The notes below the pieces were generated by a model, which saw only the letters and a list, made by a program, of their open reading frames with translations, did not search any database and was not told the origin of the DNA. Shown piece after piece: positions 1-13,800 of a DNA stretch of 64,000 nucleotides. A program made the position numbers and the translations under genes. Each line of letters begins with the position of its first letter. Position 1 is the stretch's first letter. The stretch spans positions 99,572,001 through 99,636,000 of the forward strand of contig OZ024743.1 in assembly GCA_964016885.1 (NCBI GenBank). The letters run 5' to 3'. This DNA is from Eledone cirrhosa (taxonomy: Eukaryota).

Positions 1-3000
1 CAATATTTAATTCTGTGGTACAGGTTTCGTACCAATATTTAGTCTGTGGTACAGGTTTAGTATTAATATTTAGTTCTGTGGTACATGTTTAGTACCAATA
101 TTTAGTTCTGTGGTACAGGTTTAGAACCAATATTTAGTCTGTGGTACAGGTTCAGTACCAATATTTAGTCTGTGGTACAGGTTTAGTACCAATATTTAGT
201 CTGTGGTACAGGTTTAGTACCAATATTTAGTCTGTGGTACAGGTTTAGTACCAATATTAAGTTCTGTGTTACAGGTTTAGTACCAATATTTAGTCTGTGG
301 TACAGGTTTTGTATCAATATTTAGTCTGTGGTACAGGTTTAGTATCAATATTTAGTTTGTGATACAGGTTTAGTATCAATATTTAGTCTGTGGTACAGGT
401 TTAGTATCAATATTTAGTATGTGGTAAAGGTTTAGTATCAATAATTAGTCTGTGGTACAGTTTTAGTACCAATATTTAGTTCTGTGTTACAGGGTTAGAA
501 CCAATATTTAGTTCTGTGGTACAGGTTTAGTACCAATAATTAGTTCTGTGGTACAGGTTTAGTACCAATATTTAGTCTGTGATACAGGTTTAGTACCATT
601 ATTTAGTCTGTGGTACAGGTTTAGTAACGATATTTAGTCTGTGATACAGGTTTAATACCAATATTTAATTCTGTGGTACAGGTTTAGTACCGATATTTAG
701 TTCTGTGGTACAGGTTTAGTATCAATATTTAGTCTGTGGTACAGGTTTTGTATCAATATCTTGTCTGTGGTACAGGTTTAGTAAAAATATTTAGTCTGTG
801 GTACAGGTTTAGTATCAATATTTAGTCTGTGGTACAGGTTTAGTACCGATATTTAGTTCTGTGGTACAGGTTTAGTATCAATATTTAGTCTGTGGTACAG
901 GTTTTGTATCAATATCTTGTCTGTGGTACAGCTTTAGTATAAATATTTAGTCCGTGGTACAGGTTTAGTACCAGTGTTTAGTTTGTGATACAGGTCTAGT
1001 ATCAATATTTAGTCTGTGGTACAGGTTTAGTACCAATATTTAGTTCTTTGGTACAGGTTTAGTACCAATATTTATTCCGTGGTACAGGTTTAGTACCAAT
1101 ATTTAGTCTGTGGTACAGGTTTAGTATCAATATTTAGTCTGTGGTACAGGTTTAGTATCAATATTTAGCTCTGTGGTACAGGTTTAGTAGCAATATTTAG
1201 TCTGTGGTACAGGTTTAGTATAAATATTTTGTCTGTGGTACAGTTTTAGTACCAATATTTAGTTCTGTGGTACAGGTTTAGTACCAATATTTAGTCTGTG
1301 GTTCAAGTTTTGTATAAATATTTTGTCTGTGGTACAGTTTTAGTACCAATATTTAGTTTTGTGGTATAGGTTTAGTACCAATATTTAGTCTGTGGTACAG
1401 GTTTAGTACCATTATTTAGTTCTATGGTACAGGTTTAGTACCAATATTTAGTTCTGTAGTACAGGTTTAGTACCAATATTTATTCTGTGGTACAGGTTTA
1501 GTACCAATATTTAGTCTGTGGTACAGGTTTATTATCAATATTTAGTCTGTGGTACAGGTTTATTATTAATATTTAGCTCTGTGGTACAGGTTTAGTAGCA
1601 ATATTTAGTCTGTGGTACAGGTTTTGTATAAATATTTTGTCTGTGGTACAGTTTTAGTACCAATATTTAGTTCTGTGGTACAGGTTTAGTATCAATATTT
1701 AGTCTGTGGTACAGGTTTAGTGCCAATATTTTCCTGTGGTACAGGTAAGTACAAGTATTTAGTCTGTGGTACAGGTTTAGTACCAATATTTAGTCTGTGG
1801 TACAGGTTTAGTATCAATATTTAGTCTGTGGTATAGGTTTAGTACCAATATTTAGTCTGTGGTACAGGTTTAGTACCAATATGTAATATGTGGTACACGT
1901 TTAGTACCAATATTTAATTCTGTGGTACAGGTTTAGTATCAATATTTATTCTGTGGTACAGGTTTAGGACCAATATTTAGTTCTGTGGTATAGGTTTAGT
2001 CCCAATATTTAGTTCTGTGGTACAGGTTTAATATCAATATTTAGTTCTGTGGTACGCGTTTAGTACCAATATTTAGTCTGTGGTACAGGTTTAGTATTAA
2101 TATTAAGTTCTGTGGTACAGGTTTAGTACCAATATTTAGTCTGTGGTACAGGTTTAGTATCAATATTTAGTCTGTGGTACAGTTTTAGTACCAATATTTA
2201 GTTCTGTGGTACAGATTTAGTATCAATAATTAGTCTGTGGTAGAGGTTTAGTACCAATATTTATTTTGCTATACAGGTTTAGTATCAATATTTAGTCTGT
2301 GGTACAGGTTTAGTATCAATATTTAGTCTGTGGTACAGGTTTAGTATCAATATTTAGTCTGTGGTACAGTTTTAGTACCAATATTTAGTTCTGTGTTACA
2401 GGTTTAGAACCAATATTTAGTTCTGTGGTACAGGTTTAGTACCAATAATTAGTTCTGTGGTACAGGTTTAGTACCAATATTTAGTCTGTGATACAGGTTT
2501 AGTACCAATATTTAGTTCTGTGGTACAGGTTTTGTACCAATATTTAGTTCTGTGGTACAGGTTTAATATCAATATTTAGTCTGTGATATAGGTTTAGTAC
2601 CAATATTTAGTTCTGTGGTACAGGTTTAGTATAAATATTTAGTCTGTGGTACAGGTTTAGTATCAATATTTAGTTTGTGATACAGGTTTAGTACCAATAT
2701 TTAGTTCTGTGGTACAGGTTTTGTACCAATATTTAGTTCTGTGGTACAGGTTTAATATCAATATTTAGTCTGTGATATAGGTTTAGTACCAATATTTAGT
2801 TCTGTGGTACAGGTCTAGTACAAATATTTAGTTCTGTAGTACAGGTTTAGTACCAATATTTAGTTCTGTGGTACAGGTTTAGTACCAATAATTAGTTCTG
2901 TGGTACAGATTTGGTACAAATATTTAGTCTGTGGTACAGGTTTATTATCAATGTTCTGTTCTGTGGTACTGGTTTAGTATCAATATTTAGTCTGTGGTAC

Positions 3001-6000
3001 AGGTTTTGTATCAATATTTTGTGTGTGGTACAGGTTTAGTATCAATATTTAGTTTGTGGTACACGTTTAGTACCAATGTTTAGTTTGTGATACAGGTTTA
3101 GTATCAATATTTAGTCTGTGGTACAGGTTTAGTATTAATATTTAGTCTGTGGTACAGGTTTAGTACCAATATTTAGTTCTTTGGTACAGGTTTAGTACCA
3201 ATATTTAGTCTGTGGTACAGGTTTAGTATCAATATTTAGTCTGTGGTACGGGTTTAGTATCAATATTTAGCTCTGTGGTACAGGTTTAGTAGCAATATTT
3301 AGTCTGTGGTACAGGTTTAGTATCAATATTTAGTCTGTGGTACAGGTTTAGTATCAATATTTAGTCTGTGGTACATGTTTAGTACCAATATTTAGTTCAG
3401 TGGTACAGGTTAAGTACCAATATATAGTCTGTGGTACAGGTTTAGTATCGATATTTAGTTCTGTGGTACAGGTTTAGTATCAATATTTACCTCTGTGGTA
3501 CGGGTTTAGTATCAATATTTAGCTCTGTGGTACAGGTTTAGTAGCAATATTTAGCCTGTGGTACAGGTTTAGTATCAATATTTAGTCTGTGGTACAGGTT
3601 TAGTACCAATATTTAGTCTGTGGTACAGATTTAGTACCAATATTTAGTGTGTGGTACAGGTTTAGTACCAATATTTAGTCTGTGGTACAGGTTTAGTACC
3701 AATATTAAGTTCTGTGTTACAGGTTTAGTACCAATATTTAGTCTGTGGTACAGGTTTTGTATCAATATTTAGTCTGTGGTACAGGATTAGTATCAATATT
3801 TAGTTTGTGATACAGGTTTAGTATCAATATTTAGTCTGTGGTAAAGGTTGAGTATCAACATTAGTTTTAGTACCAATCTTTAGTTCTGTGTTACAGGTTT
3901 AGAAACAATATTTAGTTCTGTGGTACAGGTTTAGTATAAATATTTAGTCTGTGGTACAGGTTTAGTATCAATATTTAGTTTGTGATACAGGTTTAGTACC
4001 AATATTTAGTTCTGTGGTACAGGTTTTGTACCAATATTTAGTTCTGTGGTACAGGTTTAATATCAATATTTAGTCTGTGATATAGGTTTAGTACCAATAT
4101 TTAGTTCTGTGGTACAGGTCTAGTACAAATATTTAGTTCTGTAGTACAGGTTTAGTACCAATATTTAGTTCTGTGGTACAGGTTTAGTACCAATAATTAG
4201 TTCTGTGGTACAGATTTGGTACAAATATTTAGTCTGTGGTACAGGTTTATTATCAATGTTCTGTTCTGTGGTACTGGTTTAGTATCAATATTTAGTCTGT
4301 GGTACAGGTTTTGTATCAATATTTTGTGTGTGGTACAGGTTTAGTATCAATATTTAGTTTGTGGTACACGTTTAGTACCAATGTTTAGTTTGTGATACAG
4401 GTTTAGTATCAATATTTAGTCTGTGGTACAGGTTTAGTATTAATATTTAGTCTGTGGTACAGGTTTAGTACCAATATTTAGTTCTTTGGTACAGGTTTAG
4501 TACCAATATTTAGTCTGTGGTACAGGTTTAGTATCAATATTTAGTCTGTGGTACGGGTTTAGTATCAATATTTAGCTCTGTGGTACAGGTTTAGTAGCAA
4601 TATTTAGTCTGTGGTACAGGTTTAGTATCAATATTTAGTCTGTGGTACAGGTTTAGTATCAATATTTAGTCTGTGGTACATGTTTAGTACCAATATTTAG
4701 TTCAGTGGTACAGGTTAAGTACCAATATATAGTCTGTGGTACAGGTTTAGTATCGATATTTAGTTCTGTGGTACAGGTTTAGTATCAATATTTACCTCTG
4801 TGGTACGGGTTTAGTATCAATATTTAGCTCTGTGGTACAGGTTTAGTAGCAATATTTAGCCTGTGGTACAGGTTTAGTATCAATATTTAGTCTGTGGTAC
4901 AGGTTTAGTACCAATATTTAGTCTGTGGTACAGATTTAGTACCAATATTTAGTGTGTGGTACAGGTTTAGTACCAATATTTAGTCTGTGGTACAGGTTTA
5001 GTACCAATATTAAGTTCTGTGTTACAGGTTTAGTACCAATATTTAGTCTGTGGTACAGGTTTTGTATCAATATTTAGTCTGTGGTACAGGATTAGTATCA
5101 ATATTTAGTTTGTGATACAGGTTTAGTATCAATATTTAGTCTGTGGTAAAGGTTTAGTATCAACATTAGTTTTAGTACCAATCTTTAGTTCTGTGTTACA
5201 GGTTTAGAAACAATATTTAGTTCTGTGGTACAGGTTTAGTACCAATATTTAGCCTGTGATACAGGTTTAGTACCATTATTTAGTCTGTGGTACAGGTTTA
5301 GTACCAACATTTAATTCTGTGGTACAGGTTTAGTACCAATATTTCGTTCTGTGGTACAGGTTTAGTACCAATATTTAGTCTGTGATACAGGTTTAGTACC
5401 AATGTTTAGTTCTGTGGTACAGGTTTTGTACCAATATTTAGTTCTGTGGTACAGGTTTAATATCAATATTTAGTCTGTGATATAGGTTTAGTACCAATAT
5501 TTAGTTCTGTGGTACAGGTTTAGTATAAATATTTAGTCTGTGGTACAGGTTTAGTATCAATATTTAGTTTGTGATACAGGTTTAGTATCAATATTTAGTT
5601 TGTGGTACAGGTCTAGTACAAATATTTAGTTCTGTAGTACAGGTTTAGTACCAATATTTAGTTCTGTGGTACAGGTTTAGTACCAATAATTAGTTCTGTG
5701 GTACAGATTTGGTACAAATATTTAGTCTGTGGTACAGGTTTATTATCAATGTTCTGTTCTGTGGTACTGGTTTAGTATCAATATTTAGTCTGTGCTACAG
5801 GTTTAGTATTAATATTTAGTCTGTGGTACAGGTTTAGTACCAATATTTAGTTCTTTGGTACAGGTTTAGTACCAATATTTAGTCTGTGGTACAGGTTTAG
5901 TATTAATATTTAGTTCTGTGGTACAGGTTTAGTATCAATATTTAGCTCTGTGGTACGGGTTTAGTATCAATATTTAGCTCTGTGGTACAGGTTTAGTAGC

Positions 6001-7697
6001 AATATTTAGTCTGTGGTACAGGTTTAGTATCAATATTTAGTCTGTGGTACAGGTTTAGTACCATTATTTAGTCTGTGGTACAGGTTTAGTACCAATATTT
6101 AGTGTGTGGTACAGGTTTAGTACCAATATTTAGTCTGTGGTACAGGTTTAGTACCAATATTAAGTTCTGTGTTACAGGTTTAGTACCAATATTTAGTCTG
6201 TGGTACAGGTTTTGTATCAATATTTAGTCTGTGGTACAGGTTTAGTATCAATATTTAGTTTGTGATACAGGTTTAGTATCAATATTTAGTCTGTGCTAAA
6301 GGTTTAGTATCAACATTTAGTCTGTGGTACAGTTTTAGTACCAATATTTAGTTCTGTGTTACAGGTTTAGAACCAATATTTAGTTCTGTGGTACAGGTTT
6401 AGTACCAATAATTAGTTCTGTGGTACAGGTTTAGTATCAATATTTACCTCTGTGGTACGGGTTTAGTATCAATATTTAGCTCTGTGGTACAGGTTTAGTA
6501 GCAATATTTAGCCTGTGGTACAGGTTTAGTATCAATATTTAGTCTGTGGTACAGGTTTAGTACCAACATTTAATTCTGTGGTACAGGTTTAGTACCAATA
6601 TTTCGTTCTGTGGTACAGGTTTAATATCAATATTTAGTCTGTGATATAGGTTTAGTACCAATATTTAGTTCTGTGGTACAGGTTTAGTACAAATATTTAG
6701 TCTGTGATGCAGGTTTAGTACCAATATTTAGTTTGTGATACAAGTTTAGTATCAATATTTAGTTTGTGGTACAGGTTTAGTACCAATATTTAGTTCTGTG
6801 GTAGAGGTTTAGTACCAATAATTAGTTCTGTGCTACAGGTTTTGTACAAATATTTAGTCTGTGGTAAAGGTTTATTATCAATATTTTGTTCTGTGGTACA
6901 GGTTTAGTATCAATATTTAGTCTCTGGTACAGGTTTTGTATCAATATCTTGTGTGTGGTACAGGTTTAGTATCAATATTTAGTCTGTGGTACAGGTTTAG
7001 TATCAATATTTAGTCTGTGGTACAGGTTTAGTATCAATATTTAGTCTGTGGTACATGTTTAGTACCAATATTTAGTTCAGTGGTACAGGTTTAGTACCAA
7101 TATATAGTCTGTGGTACAGGTTTAGTATCGATATTTAGTTCTGTGGTACAGGTTTAGTATCAATATTTACCTCTGTGGTACGGGTTTAGTATCAATATTT
7201 AGCTCTGTGGTACAGGTTTAGTAGCAATATTTAGCCTGTGGTACAGGTTTAGTATCAATATTTAGTCTGTGGTACAGGTTTAGTACCAATATTTAGTCTA
7301 TGGTACAGATTTAGTACCAATATTTAGTGTGTGGTACAGGTTTAGTACCAATATTTAGTCTGTGGTACAGGTTTAGTACCAATATTAAGTTCTGTGTTAC
7401 AGGTTTAGTACCAATATTTAGTCTGTGGTACAGGTTTTGTATCAATATTTAGTCTGTGGTACAGGATTAGTATCAATATTTAGTTTGTGATACAGGTTTA
7501 GTATCAATATTTAGTCTGTGGTAAAGGTTTAGTATCAACATTAGTTTTAGTACCAATATTTAGTTCTGTGTTACAGGTTTAGAAACAATATTTAGTTCTG
7601 TGGTACAGGTTTAGTACCAATAATTAGTTCTGTGGTACAGGTTTAGTACCAATATTTAGCCTGTGATACAGGTTTAGTACCATTATTTAGTCTGTGG

Positions 7698-7884
7698 GGG
7701 GTGGATTGGCAGTATCGGTAGAGGGTCGGACGCCATGCTTTCCAGCATAGTTACGTCCCTTTACCATCTGAGTTCAAATCCCGCCGAGGTTGACTTTGCC
7801 TTTCATCCTTACGGGGTCGATAAAATAAAGTACCAGTAATGCACTGGTAATTGCTGGCCTTGTGCCTGAAGTAGAAACAATTAT
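7698..7884 (+). mobile_element. tRNA-derived SINE inserted in satellite A
   Basis: Pol III A box TGGCAGTATCGG (7707-7718) and B box GAGTTCAAATCCC (7770-7782). Central GCCTTTCATCCTTACGGGGTCGATAAAATAAAGTACCAG. TSD ATTATTTAGTCTGTGG at 7682-7697 and 7880-7895. A second copy lies at 49681. Confidence 0.92.
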
Positions 7885-10800
7885 TTAGTCTGTGGTACAG
7901 GTTTAGTACCAATATTTAGTCTGTGGTACAGGTTTAGTACCAATATTAAGTTCTGTGTTACAGGTTTAGTACCAATATTTAGTCTGTGGTACAGGTTTTG
8001 TATCAATATTTAGTCTGTGGTACAGGTTTAGTATCAATATTTAGTTTGTGATACAGGTTTAGTATCAATATTTAGTCTGTGGTACAGGTTTAGTATCAAT
8101 ATTTAGTATGTGGTAAAGGTTTAGTATCAATAATTAGTCTGTGGTACAGTTTTAGTACCAATATTTAGTTCTGTGTTACAGGGTTAGAACCAATATTTAG
8201 TTCTGTGGTACAGGTTTAGTACCAATAATTAGTTCTGTGGTACAGGTTTAGTACCAATATTTAGTCTGTGATACAGGTTTAGTACCATTATTTAGTCTGT
8301 GGTACAGGTTTAGTAACGATATTTAGTCTGTGATACAGGTTTAATACCAATATTTAATTCTGTGGTACAGGTTTAGTACCGATATTTAGTTCTGTGGTAC
8401 AGGTTTAGTACCAATATTTCGTTCTGTGGTACAGGTTTAGTACCAATATTTAGTCTGTGATACAGGTTTAGTACCAATGTTTAGTTCTGTGGTACAGGTT
8501 TTGTACCAATATTTAGTTCTGTGGTACAGGTTTAATATCAATATTTAGTCTGTGATATAGGTTTAGTACCAATATTTAGTTCTGTGGTACAGGTTTAGTA
8601 TAAATATTTAGTCTGTGGTACAGGTTTAGTATCAATATTTAGTTTGTGATACAGGTTTAGTATCAATATTTAGTTTGTGGTACAGGTCTAGTACAAATAT
8701 TTAGTTCTGTAGTACAGGTTTAGTACCAATATTTAGTTCTGTGGTACAGGTTTAGTACCAATAATTAGTTCTGTGGTACAGATTTGGTACAAATATTTAG
8801 TCTGTGGTACAGGTTTATTATCAATATTCTGTTCTGTGGTACTGGTTTAGTATCAATATTTAGTCTGTGGTACAGGTTTTGTATCAATATTTTATGTGTG
8901 GTACAGGTTTAGTATCAATATTTAGTCTGTGGTACAGGTTTAGTACCAAGTTTAGTTTGTGATACAGGTTTAGTATCAATATTTAGTCTGTGCTACAGGT
9001 TTAGTATTAATATTTAGTCTGTGGTACAGGTTTAGTACCAATATTTAGTTCTTTGGTACAGGTTTAGTACCAATATTTAGTCTGTGGTACAGGTTTAGTA
9101 TTAATATTTAGTTCTGTGGTACAGGTTTAGTATCAATATTTAGCTCTGTGGTACGGGTTTAGTATCAATATTTAGCTCTGTGGTACAGGTTTAGTAGCAA
9201 TATTTAGTCTGTGGTACAGGTTTAGTATCAATATTTAGTCTGTGGTACAGGTTTAGTACCAATATTTAGTCTGTGGTACAGGTTTAGTACCAATATTTAG
9301 TGTGTGGTACAGGTTTAGTACCAATATTTAGTTCTGTGGTACAGGTTTAGTACCAATAATTAGTTCTGTGGTACAGGTTTAGTACCAATAGTTAGCCTGT
9401 GATACAGGTTTAGTACCATTATTTAGTCTGTGGTACAGGTTTAGTACCAACATTTCATTCTGTGGTACAGGTTTAGTACCAATATTTCGTTCTGTGGTAC
9501 AGGTTTAATATCAATATTTAGTCTGTGATATAGGTTTAGTACCAATATTTAGTTCTGTGGTACAGGTTTAGTACAAATATTTAGTCTGTGATGCAGGTTT
9601 AGTACCAATATTTAGTTTGTGATACAAGTTTAGTATCAATATTTAGTTTGTGGTACAGGTTTAGTACCAATATTTAGTTCTGTGGTAGAGGTTTAGTACC
9701 AATAATTAGTTCTGTGCTACAGGTTTTGTACAAATATTTAGTCTGTGGTAAAGGTTTATTATCAATATTTTGTTCTGTGGTACAGGTTTAGTATCAATAT
9801 TTAGTCTGTGGTACAGGTTTTGTATCAATATCTTGTGTGTGGTACAGGTTTAGTATCAATATTTATTCTGTGGTACAGGTTTCGTACCAATATTTAGTCT
9901 GTGGTACAGGTTTAGTATCAATATTTAGTCTGTGGTACAAGTTTAATATTAATATTTAGCTCTGTGGTACAGGTTTAGTAGCAATATTTAGTCTGTGGTA
10001 CAGGTTTTGTATAAATATTTTGTCTGTGGTACAGTTTTAGTACCAATATTTAGTTCTGTGGTACAGGTTTAGTATCAATATTTAGTCTGTGGTACAGGTT
10101 TAGGACCAATATTTAGTTCTGTGGTATAGGTTTAGTACCAATATTTAGTTCTGTGGTACAGGTTTAATATCAATATTTAGTTCTGTGGTACGCGTTTAGT
10201 ACCAATATTTAGTCTGTGGTACAGGTTTAGTACCAACATTTAATTCTGTGGTACAGGTTTATTACCAATATTTTGTTCTGTGGTACAGGTTTAGTACCAA
10301 TATTTAGTCTGTGATACAGGTTTAGTACCAATGTTTAGTTCTGTGGTACAGGTTTTGTACCAATATTTAGTTCTGTGGTACAGGTTTAATATCAATATTT
10401 AGTCTGTGATATAGGTTTAGTACCAATATTTAGTTCTGTGGTACAGGTTTAGTATAAATATTTAGTCTGTGGTACAGGTTTAGTATCAATATTTAGTTTG
10501 TGATACAGGTTTAGTATCAATATTTAGTTTGTGGTACAGGTCTAGTACAAATATTTAGTTCTGTAGTACAGGTTTAGTACCAATATTTAGTTCTGTGGTA
10601 CAGGTTTAGTACCAATAATTAGTTCTGTGGTACAGATTTGGTACAAATATTTAGTCTGTGGTACAGGTTTATTATCAATATTCTGTTCTGTGGTACTGGT
10701 TTAGTATCAATATTTAGTCTGTGGTACAGGTTTTGTATCAATATTTTGTGTGTGGTACAGGTTTAGTATCAATATTTAGTCTGTGGTACAGGTTTAGTAC

Positions 10801-13800
10801 CAAGTTTAGTTTCTGATACAGGTTTAGTATCAATATTTAGTCTGTGGTACAGGTTTAGTATTAATATTTAGTCTGTGGTACAGGTTTAGTGCCAATATTT
10901 AGTTCTTTGGTACAGGTTTAGTACCAATATTTAGTCTGTGGTACAGGTTTAGTATCAATATTTAGTCTGTGGTACGGGTTTAGTATCAATATTTAGCTCT
11001 GTGGTACAGGTTTAGTAGCAATATTTAGTCTGTGGTACAGGTTTAGTATCAATATTTAGTCTGTGGTACAGGTTTAGTATCAATATTTAGTCTGTGGTAC
11101 ATGTTTAGTACCAATATTTAGTTCAGTGGTACAGGTTTAGTACCAATATTTAGTCTGTGGTACAGGTTTAGTATTAATATTTAGTTCTGTGGTACAGGTT
11201 TAGTATCAATATTTAGCTCTGTGGTACGGGTTTAGTAGCAATATTTAGCTCTGTGGTACAGGTTTAGTAGCAATATTTAGTCTGTGGTACAGGTTTAGTA
11301 TCAATATTTAGTCTGTGGTACAGGTTTAGTACCAATATTTAGTCTGTGGTACAGGTTTAGTACCAATATTTAGTGTGTGGTACAGGTTTAGTACCAATAT
11401 TTAGTCTGTGGTACAGGTTTAGTACCAATATTAAGTTCTGTGTTACAGGTTTTGTATCAATATTTTGTGTGTGGTACAGGTTTAGTATCAATATTTAGTC
11501 TGTGGTACAGGTTTAGTACCAATGTTTAGTTTGTGATACAGGTTTAGTATCAATATTTAGTCTGTGGTACAGGTTTAGTATTAATATTTAGTCTGTGGTA
11601 CAGGTTTAGTACCGATATTTAGTTCTTTGGTACAGGTTTAGTACCAATATTTAGTCTGTGGTACAGGTTTAGTATCAATATTTAGTCTGTGGTACAGGTT
11701 TAGTATCAATATTTAGCTCTGTGGTACAGGTTTAGTAGCAATATTTAGTCTGTGGTACAGGTTTAGTATCAATATTTAGTCTGTGGTACAGGTTTAGTAC
11801 CAATATTTAGTCTGTGGTACAGGTTTAGTACCAATATTTAGTTCAGTGGTACAGGTTTAGTACCAATATTTAGTCTGTGGTACAGGTTTAGTATCAATAT
11901 TTAGTCCTGTGGTACAGGTTTAGTATCAATATTTAGTCTGTGGTACAGGTTTAGTACCAATATTTAGTCTGTGGTACAGGTTTAGTATCAATATTTAGTC
12001 TGTGGTATAGGTTTAGTACCAATATTTAGTCTGTGGTACAGGTTTAGTACCAATATTTAATATGTGGTACACGTTTAGTACCAATATTTAATTCTGTGGT
12101 ACAGGTTTAGTATCAATATTTATTCTGTGGTACAGGTTTAGGACCAATATTTAGTTCTGTGGTATAGGTTTAGTACCAATATTTAGTTCTGTGGTACAGG
12201 TTTAATATCAATATTTAGTTCTGTGGTACGCGTTTAGTACCAATATTTAGTCTGTGGTACAGGTTTAGTATTAATATTAAGTTCTGTGGTACAGGTTTAG
12301 TACCAATATTTAGTCTGTGGTACAGGTTTAGTATCAATATTTAGTCTGTGGTACAGGTTTAGTACCAATATTTAGTTCTGTGGTACAGGTTTTGTATCAA
12401 TATTTTGTCTGTGGTACAGGTTTAGTACCAATATTTAGTTTGTGATTTAGGTTTAGTATCAATATTTAGTCTGTGGTACAGTTTTAGTACCAATATTTAG
12501 TTCTGTGGTACAGATTTAGTATCAATAATTAGTCTGTGGTAGAGGTTTAGTACCAATATTTATTTTGCAATACAGGTTTAGTATCAATATTTAGTCTGTG
12601 GTACAGGTTTAGTATCAATATTTAGTCTGTGGTACAGGTTTAGTATCAATATTTAGTCTGTGGTACAGTTTTAGTACCAATATTTAGTTCTGTGTTACAG
12701 GTTTAGAACCAATATTTAGTTCTGTGGTACAGGTTTAGTACCAATAATTAGTTCTGTGGTACAGGTTTAGTACCAATATTTAGTCTGTGATACAGGTTTA
12801 GTACCAATATTTAGTTCTGTGGTACAGGTTTTGTACCAATATTTAGTTCTGTGGTACAGGTTTAATATCAATATTTAGTCTGTGATATAGGTTTAGTACC
12901 AATATTTAGTTCTGTGGTACAGGTTTAGTATAAATATTTAGTCTGTGGTACAGGTTTAGTATCAATATTTAGTTTGTGATACAGGTTTAGTATCAATATT
13001 TAGTTTGTGGTACAGGTCTAGTACAAATATTTAGTTCTGTAGTACAGGTTTAGTACCAATATTTAGTTCTGTGGTACAGGTTTAGTACCAATAATTAGTT
13101 CTGTGGTACAGATTTGGTACAAATATTTAGTCTGTGGTACAGGTTTATTATCAATATTCTGTTCTGTGGTACTGGTTTAGTATCAATATTTAGTCTGTGG
13201 TACAGGTTTTGTATCAATATTTTGTGTGTGGTACAGGTTTAGTATCAATATTTAGTCTGTGGTACAGGTTTAGTACCAATGTTTAGTTTGTGATACAGGT
13301 TTAGTATCAATATTTAGTCTGTGGTACAGGTTTAGTATTAATATTTAGTCTGTGGTACAGGTTTAGTACCGATATTTAGTTCTTTGGTACAGGTTTAGTA
13401 CCAATATTTAGTCTGTGGTACAGGTTTAGTATCAATATTTAGTCTGTGGTACGGGTTTAGTATCAATATTTAGCTCTGTGGTACAGGTTTAGTAGCAATA
13501 TTTAGTCTGTGGTACAGGTTTAGTATCAATATTTAGTCTGTGGTAAAGGTTTAGTACCAATATTTAGTCTGTGGTACAGGTTTAGTACCAATATTTAGTT
13601 CAGTGGTACAGGTTTAGTACCAATATTTGGTCTGTGGTACAGGTTTAGTATCAATATTTAGTTCTGTGGTACAGGTTTAGTATCAATATTTAGCTCTGTG
13701 GTACGGGTTTAGTATCAATATTTAGCTCTGTGGTACAGGTTTAGTAGCAATATTTAGCCTGTGGTACAGGTTTAGTATCAATATTTAGTCTGTGGTACAG

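Noticed and set aside
7701-7790. tRNA gene
   Set aside because: A and B boxes are present, but there is no convincing cloverleaf, and it continues into a SINE body with a TSD.
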